A DNA stretch of 64,000 nucleotides from Candidatus Saccharimonadales bacterium (GTDB lineage: Bacteria > Patescibacteriota > Saccharimonadia > Saccharimonadales > UBA7683), in the NCBI GenBank assembly GCA_046350615.1, contig JAXMAA010000002.1, positions 277,204 to 341,203 on the forward strand, given 5' to 3'. Made by a program: the position numbers and the translations under genes. Under the pieces are notes generated by a model that saw only the letters and a program-made list of their open reading frames with translations, ran no database searches and had not been told where the DNA came from. This document shows, piece by piece, positions 10,069 through 17,813 of the stretch. Position 1 is the stretch's first letter. The number at the start of each line of letters is the position of its first letter.

Positions 10069-10512
10069 ATGATTAAAAAAGCTACACATTGGTTCTCGAA
10101 AAACATCATCTTTATCACCTGGCTCATAAGCATCGGCGCTGTTTTTGGTAGCATGGGACTGAGCGAGGTCATGCACCTCATACCATGTGCACTTTGTTGG
10201 TACCAACGAATTTTGATGTTCCCACTTGCGTTCATACTGGGTGTTGGCGTGTATAAAAAAGACAATAACGCTGCATATTACGTACTGCCTCTCAGCATGC
10301 TGGGTATAGTTGTGTCCTTTTACCACTCACTACTTCAATGGGGAATAATTAAAGAAGTTGTGCAGACTTGCTCAATCGATAGCTCGTGCGCCGTTCCGCA
10401 AATTAACTGGTTTGGGTTTATAACTATTCCGTTCATGGCATTCATTATGTTCGTACTCATCACAGGCCTTATGTTGGCTCAAGCGCATATCAATAAGAAG
10501 CTACTCAAGTAA
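10069..10512 (+). CDS. Disulfide bond formation protein, DsbB/BdbC family
   Basis: 147 aa, four TM segments, first periplasmic loop PCALCWYQR (CxxC), second Cys pair in QTCSIDSSC. Confidence 0.7.
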   Translation: MIKKATHWFSKNIIFITWLISIGAVFGSMGLSEVMHLIPCALCWYQRILMFPLAFILGVGVYKKDNNAAYYVLPLSMLGIVVSFYHSLLQWGIIKEVVQTCSIDSSCAVPQINWFGFITIPFMAFIMFVLITGLMLAQAHINKKLLK

Positions 10513-10701
10513 CATTATTCTCCAAGGGGGAGAGGATGTTCAATTGTATATACTTCCTTCCTCTGTCTTCTCATTGTACGGGTGAACCAAAAGCATCAAG
10601 GTAGTACTTTCAGTCTCCACCTTGACACTTTTGGTTGCAGCCCGAATCTCCTTTGCCAGAGAGGCAGAAAGTCCTCTCATGAATTAACAAAGGAGGGTTT
10701 C

Positions 10702-11016
10702 ATGGAAACTCAAGCGCAAGACATAGCAAAATTAAATGATAGGTTCCGAGGGATGTGTTTAGATGTGTTCTATACACCAGGCGTACGTGATGGGATTATG
10801 GATCTTATTGGCCTATCTCAAGCAGTTGAGAATTTCAATAGCTTTAATGAGGATAATGATCCGCATGGAGAACATGATTTTGGATCACTGCGTTTTGAAG
10901 GTAAGAAGATCTTCTGGAAGATTGATTACTATGACCAGGATTTAAAGTTCTGGTGCGATCCACTTGATAGCGCCTGTCGTAGAACGCTAACTATTATGCT
11001 CGCAGACGAGTATTAG
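10702..11016 (+). CDS. DUF3768-family protein (typical of plasmids/ICEs)
   Basis: ATG 10702 preceded by AAGGAGGG; FNSFNEDNDPHGEHDFGSLRFEGKKIFWKIDYYD matches the DUF3768 core as I remember it. The 10582 start in the track has no RBS and a non-conserved extension. Confidence 0.6.
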   Translation: METQAQDIAKLNDRFRGMCLDVFYTPGVRDGIMDLIGLSQAVENFNSFNEDNDPHGEHDFGSLRFEGKKIFWKIDYYDQDLKFWCDPLDSACRRTLTIMLADEY

Positions 11017-11075
11017 TTAGTTGTCCTGAGCATGACGAAAAACTGCTCAAACGCATAACTTGTAACTTAGAGCCT

Positions 11076-11396
11076 CTAGGGCATTACCGCATCTAGTTCT
11101 TCACCGGCGAAGCTTATGATTTCTCCGAAACTCTCATTCTTAGCAAACTTTTGCCATCGTTGAGCACGTTCTGATGTTCCATTGTGTGTGTCCTCACTCA
11201 TAGCATCTCGGGCTTCTTGAGATTCCCACTCTGCAACAGCAAAGTAGCAACCAGGCTCATTGCGCACTTTATGAATATGCGTCCCGGCAGCGCCAGGATA
11301 TTCTTGGAGCACAGTGCTGCTTTCGCGCCAATGATCTATAAACGCCTGTTCATCTTCTGGATTATTGAGTTTTATTTTCCATATATATCGATACAT
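11076..11396 (-). CDS. Antibiotic-biosynthesis-monooxygenase (ABM) domain protein
   Basis: 106 aa ferredoxin-like fold pattern: FIDHWRESSTVLQEYPGAAGTHIHK...YFAVAEWESQEARDAM. Confidence 0.6.
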   Translation of the reverse strand: MYRYIWKIKLNNPEDEQAFIDHWRESSTVLQEYPGAAGTHIHKVRNEPGCYFAVAEWESQEARDAMSEDTHNGTSERAQRWQKFAKNESFGEIISFAGEELDAVMP

Positions 11397-11407
11397 GAGC
11401 TTACCTC

Positions 11408-11950
11408 TTAATAAAAAGTTACTGGTTTGTTGTTACTATCTACTGTCCGAACTAGCACTTCTGCATATTCTAAGTCGAAACCTGGGAATTCGGGATGCTC
11501 TTTCGGTAGTGTTGGTTTCATTTCGGCTAAGACCTTATCTGCTTCCTCGTGTGTCATTTGGTCGATAGGTTTCTCGATAACCTCATATAAATACTTGCCA
11601 TCTTCGAGCTTACTATAGGCAATCTTGATGGCATATGCCTGTTGCTTGTACCAGTTACTTTTTTCTATGTCGGCAAGGATACCTTTGATATTGTTGAGCA
11701 AATGAGTTGCAACACGCAATTCGGCAGCATCCCAATCTTCATCATCACTACCACCAGCATCTAATTCACCATCATTACGCTGAAACTCTAAGTCAGTAAT
11801 ATCTCCTATAAGCATCTGGGTGTTGAGTTTAAGATCATCAAAGTCAGGTGTTTTAATTGCTGCAAGTTCATCAATTGCCTCAACAGCACCTTTGCTCCTG
11901 GCGATGATATCCTTAACTTCGTGGATGTAGGCTTGCTCTTTTTTATTCAT
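11408..11950 (-). CDS. Hypothetical acidic protein
   Basis: 180-aa ORF tightly packed between neighbours (gaps of 4 and 11 nt); acidic stretch GGSDDEDWD; no motif recognised. Confidence 0.45.
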   Translation of the reverse strand: MNKKEQAYIHEVKDIIARSKGAVEAIDELAAIKTPDFDDLKLNTQMLIGDITDLEFQRNDGELDAGGSDDEDWDAAELRVATHLLNNIKGILADIEKSNWYKQQAYAIKIAYSKLEDGKYLYEVIEKPIDQMTHEEADKVLAEMKPTLPKEHPEFPGFDLEYAEVLVRTVDSNNKPVTFY

Positions 11951-11954
11951 GATA

Positions 11955-12737
11955 TTATCTTATCAATTCCAACGCAGAAGAACCATTGCTTAGAACATTG
12001 TCCAAGCCTATGGCATGCACAACTACGTCATCTATACCCGTCGATTCAAAGACAGACTGTGCGTATTCAAGAAAGGTCTTGGCTTGTCGGTCGCTTGCCA
12101 ACACAAACAATAGTGCTGGGTAATCGCCGTCTGGCCAGCCTTCATCGTCACAGTGCTCAAGAAGCTTATTAAATCGTTTTCGGACTAAGAATGGTTGGCT
12201 ATCATGGTGAAGTTCAACAAAAAACTCGTTGGGTTTAGTGCCGCTTGTTTCTTGGCGGCGTAAGTAGAGATGTGGGCGTGGTAGTGGAAAGTCTGTGTCA
12301 CCAGCTATTTCAGTGGCACTGTAGATATAGAACTCGTCGGGGTAGGCTTGCTTAATGTGGTTGGCTAACTGAAACGTAGTCAGGCAGTGCTGGATAAAAC
12401 TTTCGGTTTTGGCGTTGTACATGGCATGCAGTGCTTTTTTGGATAGGTCAGTGTTTTTGAGTAAGTAGGTGATCCCTTTGGGAGCAATGGTGTACCTAGC
12501 GCCCTTACGGTCTATGCGGTATGAGTTATCGTATTGCTTAGTTAAGTACTTTGACTCAACAAGGTTTTGTAGCATTCGGTTTAAGCTGTTTTTATTAACC
12601 CCACGATATTCTGCCAATAATGACGAAGTTACAAAGCGAAATTTATATACAATCTTTAAAGTATGGAGCTGTTTACTGCTTAACTTTTCCAAAACCTGCT
12701 TCTCTTTCATAGACCGTCCGCACTTTCTTCTTCTCAT
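11955..12737 (-). CDS. Replication-relaxation family (wHTH) protein
   Basis: N-terminal winged-helix pattern LSSKQLHTLKIVYKFRFVTSSLLAEY...LNRMLQNLVESKYLTK resembles PF13814. Start may be the second ATG (12710). Confidence 0.5.
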   Translation of the reverse strand: MRRRKCGRSMKEKQVLEKLSSKQLHTLKIVYKFRFVTSSLLAEYRGVNKNSLNRMLQNLVESKYLTKQYDNSYRIDRKGARYTIAPKGITYLLKNTDLSKKALHAMYNAKTESFIQHCLTTFQLANHIKQAYPDEFYIYSATEIAGDTDFPLPRPHLYLRRQETSGTKPNEFFVELHHDSQPFLVRKRFNKLLEHCDDEGWPDGDYPALLFVLASDRQAKTFLEYAQSVFESTGIDDVVVHAIGLDNVLSNGSSALELIR

Positions 12738-12856
12738 CTATATATACTATATATAAGAGGATGAGTAAATAAGTCTGATTCTTATCTGTTAATAGTCTAT
12801 TAATAAGGCGTTATGCACGACGCTTTTTACTGTGGATAAAATCATACATAAAGCAC

Positions 12857-12886
12857 TTGCAACTATCCGTGCTCGGATAGTATACT
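12857..12886 (+). promoter_or_regulatory. Candidate promoter with palindromic operator for the small-ORF/recombinase unit
   Basis: TTGCAA (12857-12862), 18 nt, TATACT (12881-12886); the spacer is the perfect palindrome ACTATCCG-TGCT-CGGATAGT (12862-12881). Confidence 0.35.
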
Positions 12887-12907
12887 AGTAGTGTAAGGAT
12901 AACTATT

Positions 12908-13084
12908 ATGTCCAAAGAGGGTATGGTTCAGACACTTCCTAAAGAAACGATTGAGGCACTACGCCTGATCTTGGAACGTGAGCAGTCCAGGCATATCGAA
13001 GATGCCGAGGTGATCGAGATCGGTGAGTCGCTCCTGACCTTTTATGAACTCCTCGGACAACAAAGTGAGCCAAGCGATGAGTAG
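12908..13084 (+). CDS. Small acidic helical protein (58 aa) translationally coupled to the serine recombinase
   Basis: ATG 12908 with AAGGA 8 nt upstream; its stop TAG (13082-13084) overlaps the recombinase ATG (13077) in the sequence ATGAGTAG. Below the 60-aa cut-off of the ORF track. Confidence 0.4.
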   Translation: MSKEGMVQTLPKETIEALRLILEREQSRHIEDAEVIEIGESLLTFYELLGQQSEPSDE

Positions 13085-14567
13085 CGACAATAAAGCCGTT
13101 ATCATAGCCCGGGTGTCGAGTAAGCGCCAAGAGGATGAAGGCTATTCGCTTCCTGCTCAAAAGCGACTACTCAACAGCTATGCCGTCGATAAGGGCTTAA
13201 ATCCACTTAAGAGTTTTGAGATAGCCGAGTCGGCTTCTAAAACTGAGCAACGCCGTATCTTTAAAGAGGCCATGAAGTTTATTGAAGATAACAACGTGAA
13301 GCATTTAATCGTAGAGAAGGTTGATCGACACGTTCGCAACTTACATGACGCAGTTGAAACCAACGATTGGTTAATGGCAGATGAGGCCAAGCGAGTTCAC
13401 TTTGTAAAAGATTCGCTGGTGATGCATAAAAACTCTCGTTCGCAAGAATGGCTCAACTGGGGCATCCGAGTCGTTATGGCCAAAAACTATATCGATAACC
13501 TACGCGAAGAAGCCATGAAAGGCTGGGCTGAAAAACTAGCCCAAGGGTGGCTCCCTGGTGTTCCGCCTCCAGGCTATATGACCGTTACCGAAAATGGTAA
13601 GCGCATTCATAAACCCAATCCTGATACCGCACGGCTTATGAAACGAGTGTTTGATCTGTATCTTGAGCCAAGTCAGTCGATAGCTTCAGTGGCTCAGGAA
13701 ATGGCAAAGATGGGCATCCGCACCCGTAAAGGCCATCCATACTACAAAAGTCAGGTGCAGCGCATTCTTACCAATCCATTTTACATCGGGATTAACCGCC
13801 ATAACGGCAAAGACTACCCAGGCGTACAAGAAACGTTTATCTCTAAGGATGTATTCGATAAGGTGCAAAAGAAGATGCGACGCAAGACGCCAACTAGATA
13901 CCGCAAACATAATCCGGTATTTAAAAACCTTATTCACTGCACGGGATGTGGTGGGCTGGTGACGTGGCAACTCCAAAAAGGTCGCTACTATGGCTCATGC
14001 CAGCGCAAGAGTGATGAGTGTCGTGGTCGCAAGCTCCTCAGAGAGGATACCATCGAAGAAGAAGTAGCACGTATGCTTCAGAACCTCGTAAGCCCATCTC
14101 CCGAAGTTATTGAATGGGTGGCTGAAGCTATGCGCACCAAGCACCACGACACTATTGAGGATAATTCTAAGCTCATAGCGTCTATTGAGGCGCAGTTAGG
14201 TCGCATTAAGCGTATGGATAGTAATCTCTACGACGATAAGCTGGCAGGAGATATAAGCGAGGAACGATACACTCAGAAGCACCAGGAGCTTAACCAGACT
14301 CGTCTTGAGCTTGAAGAGAAGCTTGGCAGCGTTGATAAAACCCTATCTGTGATACTAGACAAGAAACTGGTGCTGCTCGAGCTATCCCAAAAGGCCTCAG
14401 AAATCTATGCCCACAAGACACCAGAGCAGAAACGCACGATAATAACCAAACTTTTCAGGAAACTAGAGTATACCGAAGGTTCCGTATCTGTTATGTACAC
14501 GAATTTTAGCCGAGCAATCGCTCAAAATGTAACATTAACCCGTACTTTATTAGGAGGTACAAAATGA
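13077..14567 (+). CDS. Large serine recombinase (resolvase/invertase N-domain + recombinase domain + zinc ribbon + coiled coil)
   Basis: AVIIARVSSKRQEDEGYSLPAQ (catalytic Ser motif), recombinase domain, CTGCGG...C zinc ribbon, long C-terminal coiled coil. Start placed at 13077 (MSSDNKAVII); the track start 13044 is also possible. Confidence 0.85.
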   Translation: MSSDNKAVIIARVSSKRQEDEGYSLPAQKRLLNSYAVDKGLNPLKSFEIAESASKTEQRRIFKEAMKFIEDNNVKHLIVEKVDRHVRNLHDAVETNDWLMADEAKRVHFVKDSLVMHKNSRSQEWLNWGIRVVMAKNYIDNLREEAMKGWAEKLAQGWLPGVPPPGYMTVTENGKRIHKPNPDTARLMKRVFDLYLEPSQSIASVAQEMAKMGIRTRKGHPYYKSQVQRILTNPFYIGINRHNGKDYPGVQETFISKDVFDKVQKKMRRKTPTRYRKHNPVFKNLIHCTGCGGLVTWQLQKGRYYGSCQRKSDECRGRKLLREDTIEEEVARMLQNLVSPSPEVIEWVAEAMRTKHHDTIEDNSKLIASIEAQLGRIKRMDSNLYDDKLAGDISEERYTQKHQELNQTRLELEEKLGSVDKTLSVILDKKLVLLELSQKASEIYAHKTPEQKRTIITKLFRKLEYTEGSVSVMYTNFSRAIAQNVTLTRTLLGGTK

Positions 14568-14647
14568 AGAATCAAACTAATAAAAAATCACCCAGCAACA
14601 GAGGTGAAATAAAAGAAAAGGAGTTAGAAATGTCGTTGCGTTCTATA

Positions 14648-14721
14648 TGGCTGGGGATGAGGGATTCGAACCCCCGATCCTGGGACCAGAACCCAGTGCC
14701 TTACCGCTTGGCCAATCCCCA
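14648..14721 (-). tRNA. tRNA-Gln (anticodon CTG), CCA encoded
   Basis: Reverse complement TGGGGATTGGCCAAGCGGTAAGGCACTGGGTTCTGGTCCCAGGATCGGGGGTTCGAATCCCTCATCCCCAGCCA. It has a 7-bp acceptor stem, a GTTCGAATC T-loop and anticodon loop TTCTGGT, and is close to E. coli tRNA-Gln. Confidence 0.9.
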
Positions 14722-14808
14722 ATAACTTTGTAATTTGTTTCTGGAACGGATTGATTATACCTAAAAATGGTGCGTTTGTCAGTAGCTGAAGCCCGGATTC
14801 ATTAGTGC

Positions 14809-14889
14809 GTCATCTTGAGCGAATTCGAAAGACCTGACTGATTCATTACGTTATTTACTAGACCCTTCGATGCCGCTCAGGTAATAGAC
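14809..14889. repeat. GTCAT-hairpin palindromic repeat element (inverted pair of modules)
   Basis: GTCATCTTGAGCGAATTCGAAAGACCTGAC (14809-14838) and, inverted, GTCTATTACCTGAGCGGCATCGAAGGGTC (14861-14889). Same family as 26.3, 37.2, 43.4, 55.0 and 58.5-58.8 kb. Confidence 0.6.
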
Positions 14890-14945
14890 GGCGGTGGAGT
14901 TTGGGGATAGTATCTGCTATACTTATAAATACATTAACAACGTAA

Positions 14946-15065
14946 CAATATAAAGAGTGTGGCGAGAGATCTAGCTCGTTGACCCACCGGCAACCTACGA
15001 TTATTTAGGGTTTTCCTTGGATATCGAAAGGTGCTCCAACTAGCCGCGTGAGCGGAAAGATATTG
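14946..15065 (+). promoter_or_regulatory. S-box / SAM-I-like riboswitch aptamer
   Basis: P1 CAATAT/ATATTG (14946-51 / 15060-65); AAGAG; GTGG...CCAC P2; conserved GGCAACC and AAGGTGC blocks; P4 CCGC-GTGA-GCGG. Downstream gene is a Cys/Met-metabolism PLP enzyme. Confidence 0.65.
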
Positions 15066-15072
15066 TGATTTT

Positions 15073-15106
15073 ATATCCTTTCCGTGTACGCAGAAAGGAT
15101 ATTTTT
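15073..15106 (+). terminator. Riboswitch expression platform: intrinsic terminator that also sequesters the RBS
   Basis: 10-bp stem ATATCCTTTC / GAAAGGATAT with 10-nt loop, followed by TTTTT. The 3' arm contains the AAAGGA Shine-Dalgarno 6 nt before ATG 15107 and resembles the P1 3' strand GAAAGATAT (possible antiterminator). Confidence 0.6.
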
Positions 15107-15442
15107 ATGTCAAACTTTAATACCTGTGAGCATGATCATCAAGATGTAGGTGGCTTTTTAGACGCGGTTGCCGAGGAGGGTGCGGCGCTTCAAATTGCAG
15201 CGGCGCTCGGTTCTGCTGAGCCAGTGCGACTGCAGCGGCGACCGACAATTATCGATTTCGCGCTAGGCAGTATACCATCGCCGCTTAGTCCAGAAACACC
15301 AGAGGGCAACCTTCATCAAACTGCGAAAACATGCGCCCGGGCGATCATCGCCGGCGAATGCACGCAGTATGCTCTTGAGCCGACCGAAAGTCTGGTACAG
15401 TTCACTATTCATAGGCGCCATGAGACCAAGGGTGGGTGCTAG
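15107..15442 (+). CDS. Hypothetical 111-aa protein, first gene under the SAM riboswitch
   Basis: ATG directly after the terminator T-run with embedded SD; MSNFNTCEHDHQDVGG...; no motif recognised. The track start 15065 (GTG) would lie inside the aptamer. Confidence 0.45.
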   Translation: MSNFNTCEHDHQDVGGFLDAVAEEGAALQIAAALGSAEPVRLQRRPTIIDFALGSIPSPLSPETPEGNLHQTAKTCARAIIAGECTQYALEPTESLVQFTIHRRHETKGGC

Positions 15443-15449
15443 GAGGCTT

Positions 15450-16577
15450 ATGTCAGAAACTCTAGTACCAACATTTGATTTGGTTGAAGACCTGAGGATA
15501 GCATTGGGGGCTAAAGATACGTTTGGCAGCGTAGACCTTTATCCGCGTGATGGTACGAAGCAGCTCTGGGAAACGGAGGGTCGCTGCGGTGAGTTAGTGG
15601 GTGTGGATGAAGGAGATCTTATATTGTGCGCAAGTGGCATGGCGGCAATTACGGGAACAATCGGAAGCCTTGTAAAAGCAGGTGATACCTTTGCCATCGC
15701 AGAGCAGACTTACTCGCAGACGCAGATGTATGCAGATAAACTGAGGCAGTTTGGCGTGGATGTTATTCGCTTTGACTCCGGATCTCCTACGGCGGTCGAA
15801 CGACTTATTAGTCGGCGTCGACCTGACCTCATATTTACCGAGACGGTGAGCAATGGCCCTGATATGCCTGTAACAGATATTCGGCACCTAATTTCCGTGT
15901 GTGATGATCAGCAGTACGAGCCGATTATTTTACTTGATAACACGCTTCCACTTTCCACAGGGTTTGACGTTACTCCTCTGCTCAGTGAACGGCAAAATGT
16001 GCTTGTAGTTGAGAGTGCAACAAAATCGTACGCGCTGAACCAGGAGCTTGCAGGGTTGGTCTACGGTAAAAATCGCGCATTACTCAATACCATACGACGG
16101 GTACGGAGAACCGAAGGTTTTGGTCTCAATGTAGCCGCTCTCCAGCGCCTTGATACCGTACTGCCCGCATCGCCAGATGTCTTCCATGCGCGCAATAGGA
16201 GGATATTCGAGGCGAGTGCTTTTATAGCCCAGACATTAGCGCATTCTCAGGGTGCCGGGGAAGCATTCGTTGTAAGCCACCCGGCATTAGACACTCATCC
16301 TAATAATCAATTTGCACGTACTGCCCTCGAGAACGGTTCCGCTCCAGTCTGCTATGTGCAATCACTAGGCCAAGAGGGTGATCAATATCGTATTGCGCAG
16401 TGCTTATGGTCGCATAGTGGTGTCCGCGAACAGGCCGAGCTTGGCCAGAGTTTTGCTTTTGACACGGCACGCATACTGCCAGATAGCAAGGCGCCTGTTG
16501 TGAGAATCGCCGCTGGGGCGAAAGGCGACTATCGGCTCCTGGCAAGCTCCATGGCAGAAGCGCTCAGGTCTCTCTAG
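15450..16577 (+). CDS. Cys/Met-metabolism PLP-dependent enzyme family protein (divergent cystathionine gamma-synthase/lyase-like)
   Basis: AGGAGG at 15441-46 then ATG 15450; SGMAAITG, DNTLPLSTG, ESATKSYALN (PLP-lysine motif S-x-T-K). The track start 15369 lacks an RBS. Confidence 0.65.
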   Translation: MSETLVPTFDLVEDLRIALGAKDTFGSVDLYPRDGTKQLWETEGRCGELVGVDEGDLILCASGMAAITGTIGSLVKAGDTFAIAEQTYSQTQMYADKLRQFGVDVIRFDSGSPTAVERLISRRRPDLIFTETVSNGPDMPVTDIRHLISVCDDQQYEPIILLDNTLPLSTGFDVTPLLSERQNVLVVESATKSYALNQELAGLVYGKNRALLNTIRRVRRTEGFGLNVAALQRLDTVLPASPDVFHARNRRIFEASAFIAQTLAHSQGAGEAFVVSHPALDTHPNNQFARTALENGSAPVCYVQSLGQEGDQYRIAQCLWSHSGVREQAELGQSFAFDTARILPDSKAPVVRIAAGAKGDYRLLASSMAEALRSL

Positions 16578-16599
16578 CCCGCCTACGGTATAACAACCA

Positions 16600-17163
16600 T
16601 TATAGCAATCGAAGATCTTCCAGCCCTTCGGGTAAAAAGCCTTGGGGATGTTTAAAGTTGGTCTCCCATTTGGTTCCTTTTGCGTAGCCAAGATCCTTCA
16701 TCAATTTAGTCGGCGCATTTCTTAGATGGAGTGGTACTTGTGCATCGGGAAAATCCTTTGCGGCTTGCAAAGCGGCGTACATGGCATCTGCCACTTCTCG
16801 AGATTTCTTGCTTTTGGCGAGTGCTACGGCACAATGGAACAGGCTATACTGCCCTTCAGGCAGGCCAATTCGTTCTATCGCTTGAAAAGCGGCAGTTGCG
16901 AGTGCTAGTGCGCCATTGCCGGCTAGGCCAATATCTTCTGAGGCAAAAATGACCATTCGCCGTGCTATAAACTTTGGGTCTTCGCCAGCATCAATCATCC
17001 GCGCCAAGTAATACAGTGTGGCGCTCACATCGGAACCGCGCATACTTTTAATAAAGGCTGAGATGAGATTGTAGTGATATTCGCCGCCTTTGTCATAACC
17101 GAGCAAGCGTTTTTGGGCCGCGGTTTTAACGGTTTCGGGCGTAACTTTTTCAGCAAGCTGCAA
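16600..17163 (-). pseudogene. rarA: Replication-associated recombination protein RarA/MgsA, C-terminal fragment (MgsA_C domain)
   Basis: GGEYHYNLISAFIKSMRGSDVSATLYYLARMIDAGEDPKFIARRMVIFASEDIGLA is the conserved RarA C-domain; out of frame with the N-terminal part. Confidence 0.8.
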
Positions 17164-17771
17164 GGCAAGTTCGAGGTTAGAAAGTGCAACCCTTGGGCAT
17201 CGCCGCCGCTTATCTCTGCAAGTAGATTGATGGCCTGTTTGCTTATTCGCTTAGTGGCTTTTTCAAGTTTTATAGCTCGCTTGATAATTGCCACCATATC
17301 TTCTTTGCTGTGCGGTTGAAGAACGATTATGCGGGATCGTGAAAGCAGTGGTGCAATAACCTCAAAGCTTGGGTTCTCGGTAGTAGCACCGATGAGGGTA
17401 ATGAGGCCGGATTCGACATGGGGTAAAAATGTATCTTGCTGGCTTTTAGAAAAGCGGTGGATCTCATCAATAAATAGCAAGGTTCTTTTTTGCAGGTTCC
17501 AGTTAACCCGGGCACGCTCAACAACCTGTACCACCTCGGCTTTTTTGGCCGTAACTGCGGAAAGCTCTACAAAATCTATGGCAAGCTCGGTGGCAATAAT
17601 GCGCGCCAGAGTAGTCTTGCCTGATCCTGGCGGCCCCCAAAAGATCAAACTGGTCGGCTGTTTCTTTTTAATAATCTCGCGAATAATATCACCTTGTTTG
17701 GTCAGGTGATTTTGGCCAATATATTCATCCAGTGTTTTGGGCCGCATCCGTTCGGCGAGTGGTTGCTCCAT
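17025..17771 (-). pseudogene. rarA: RarA/MgsA, N-terminal AAA+ fragment
   Basis: MEQPLAERMRPKTLDEYIGQ..., Walker [10 protein letters not shown], Walker [11 protein letters not shown]. After ...AEISGGDA the frame runs into nonsense, and the other frame reads RVALSNLELALQLAEK. A 1-nt deletion near 17192-17198 would explain it. Confidence 0.8.
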
Positions 17772-17813
17772 AGTTCTATTGTAACCCGACCACGAAAAAT
17801 CTATACTAGGGCC

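Larger units (their letters stand above)
1..14647. mobile_element. Putative degraded integrative-conjugative element / genomic island (left end outside window; right end next to the 3' end of tRNA-Gln)
   Basis: Co-linear T4SS-like genes (VirB4-like, CHAP hydrolase, VirD4/TraG-like ATPase), DUF3768, replication-relaxation-family wHTH protein and a large serine recombinase whose stop (14567) lies 80 bp from the tRNA-Gln 3' end (14648). No att repeats identified, so boundaries are not demonstrated. Confidence 0.45.

Noticed and set aside
10582-10701. N-terminal extensions proposed by the ORF track (also 15065-15106, 15369-15449, 17694-17813, 23893-23946, 33080-33118, 49318-49515)
   Set aside because: In each case an internal ATG has a good Shine-Dalgarno and/or starts the conserved region. 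The extension overlaps an upstream gene, a riboswitch or the opposite-strand gene.
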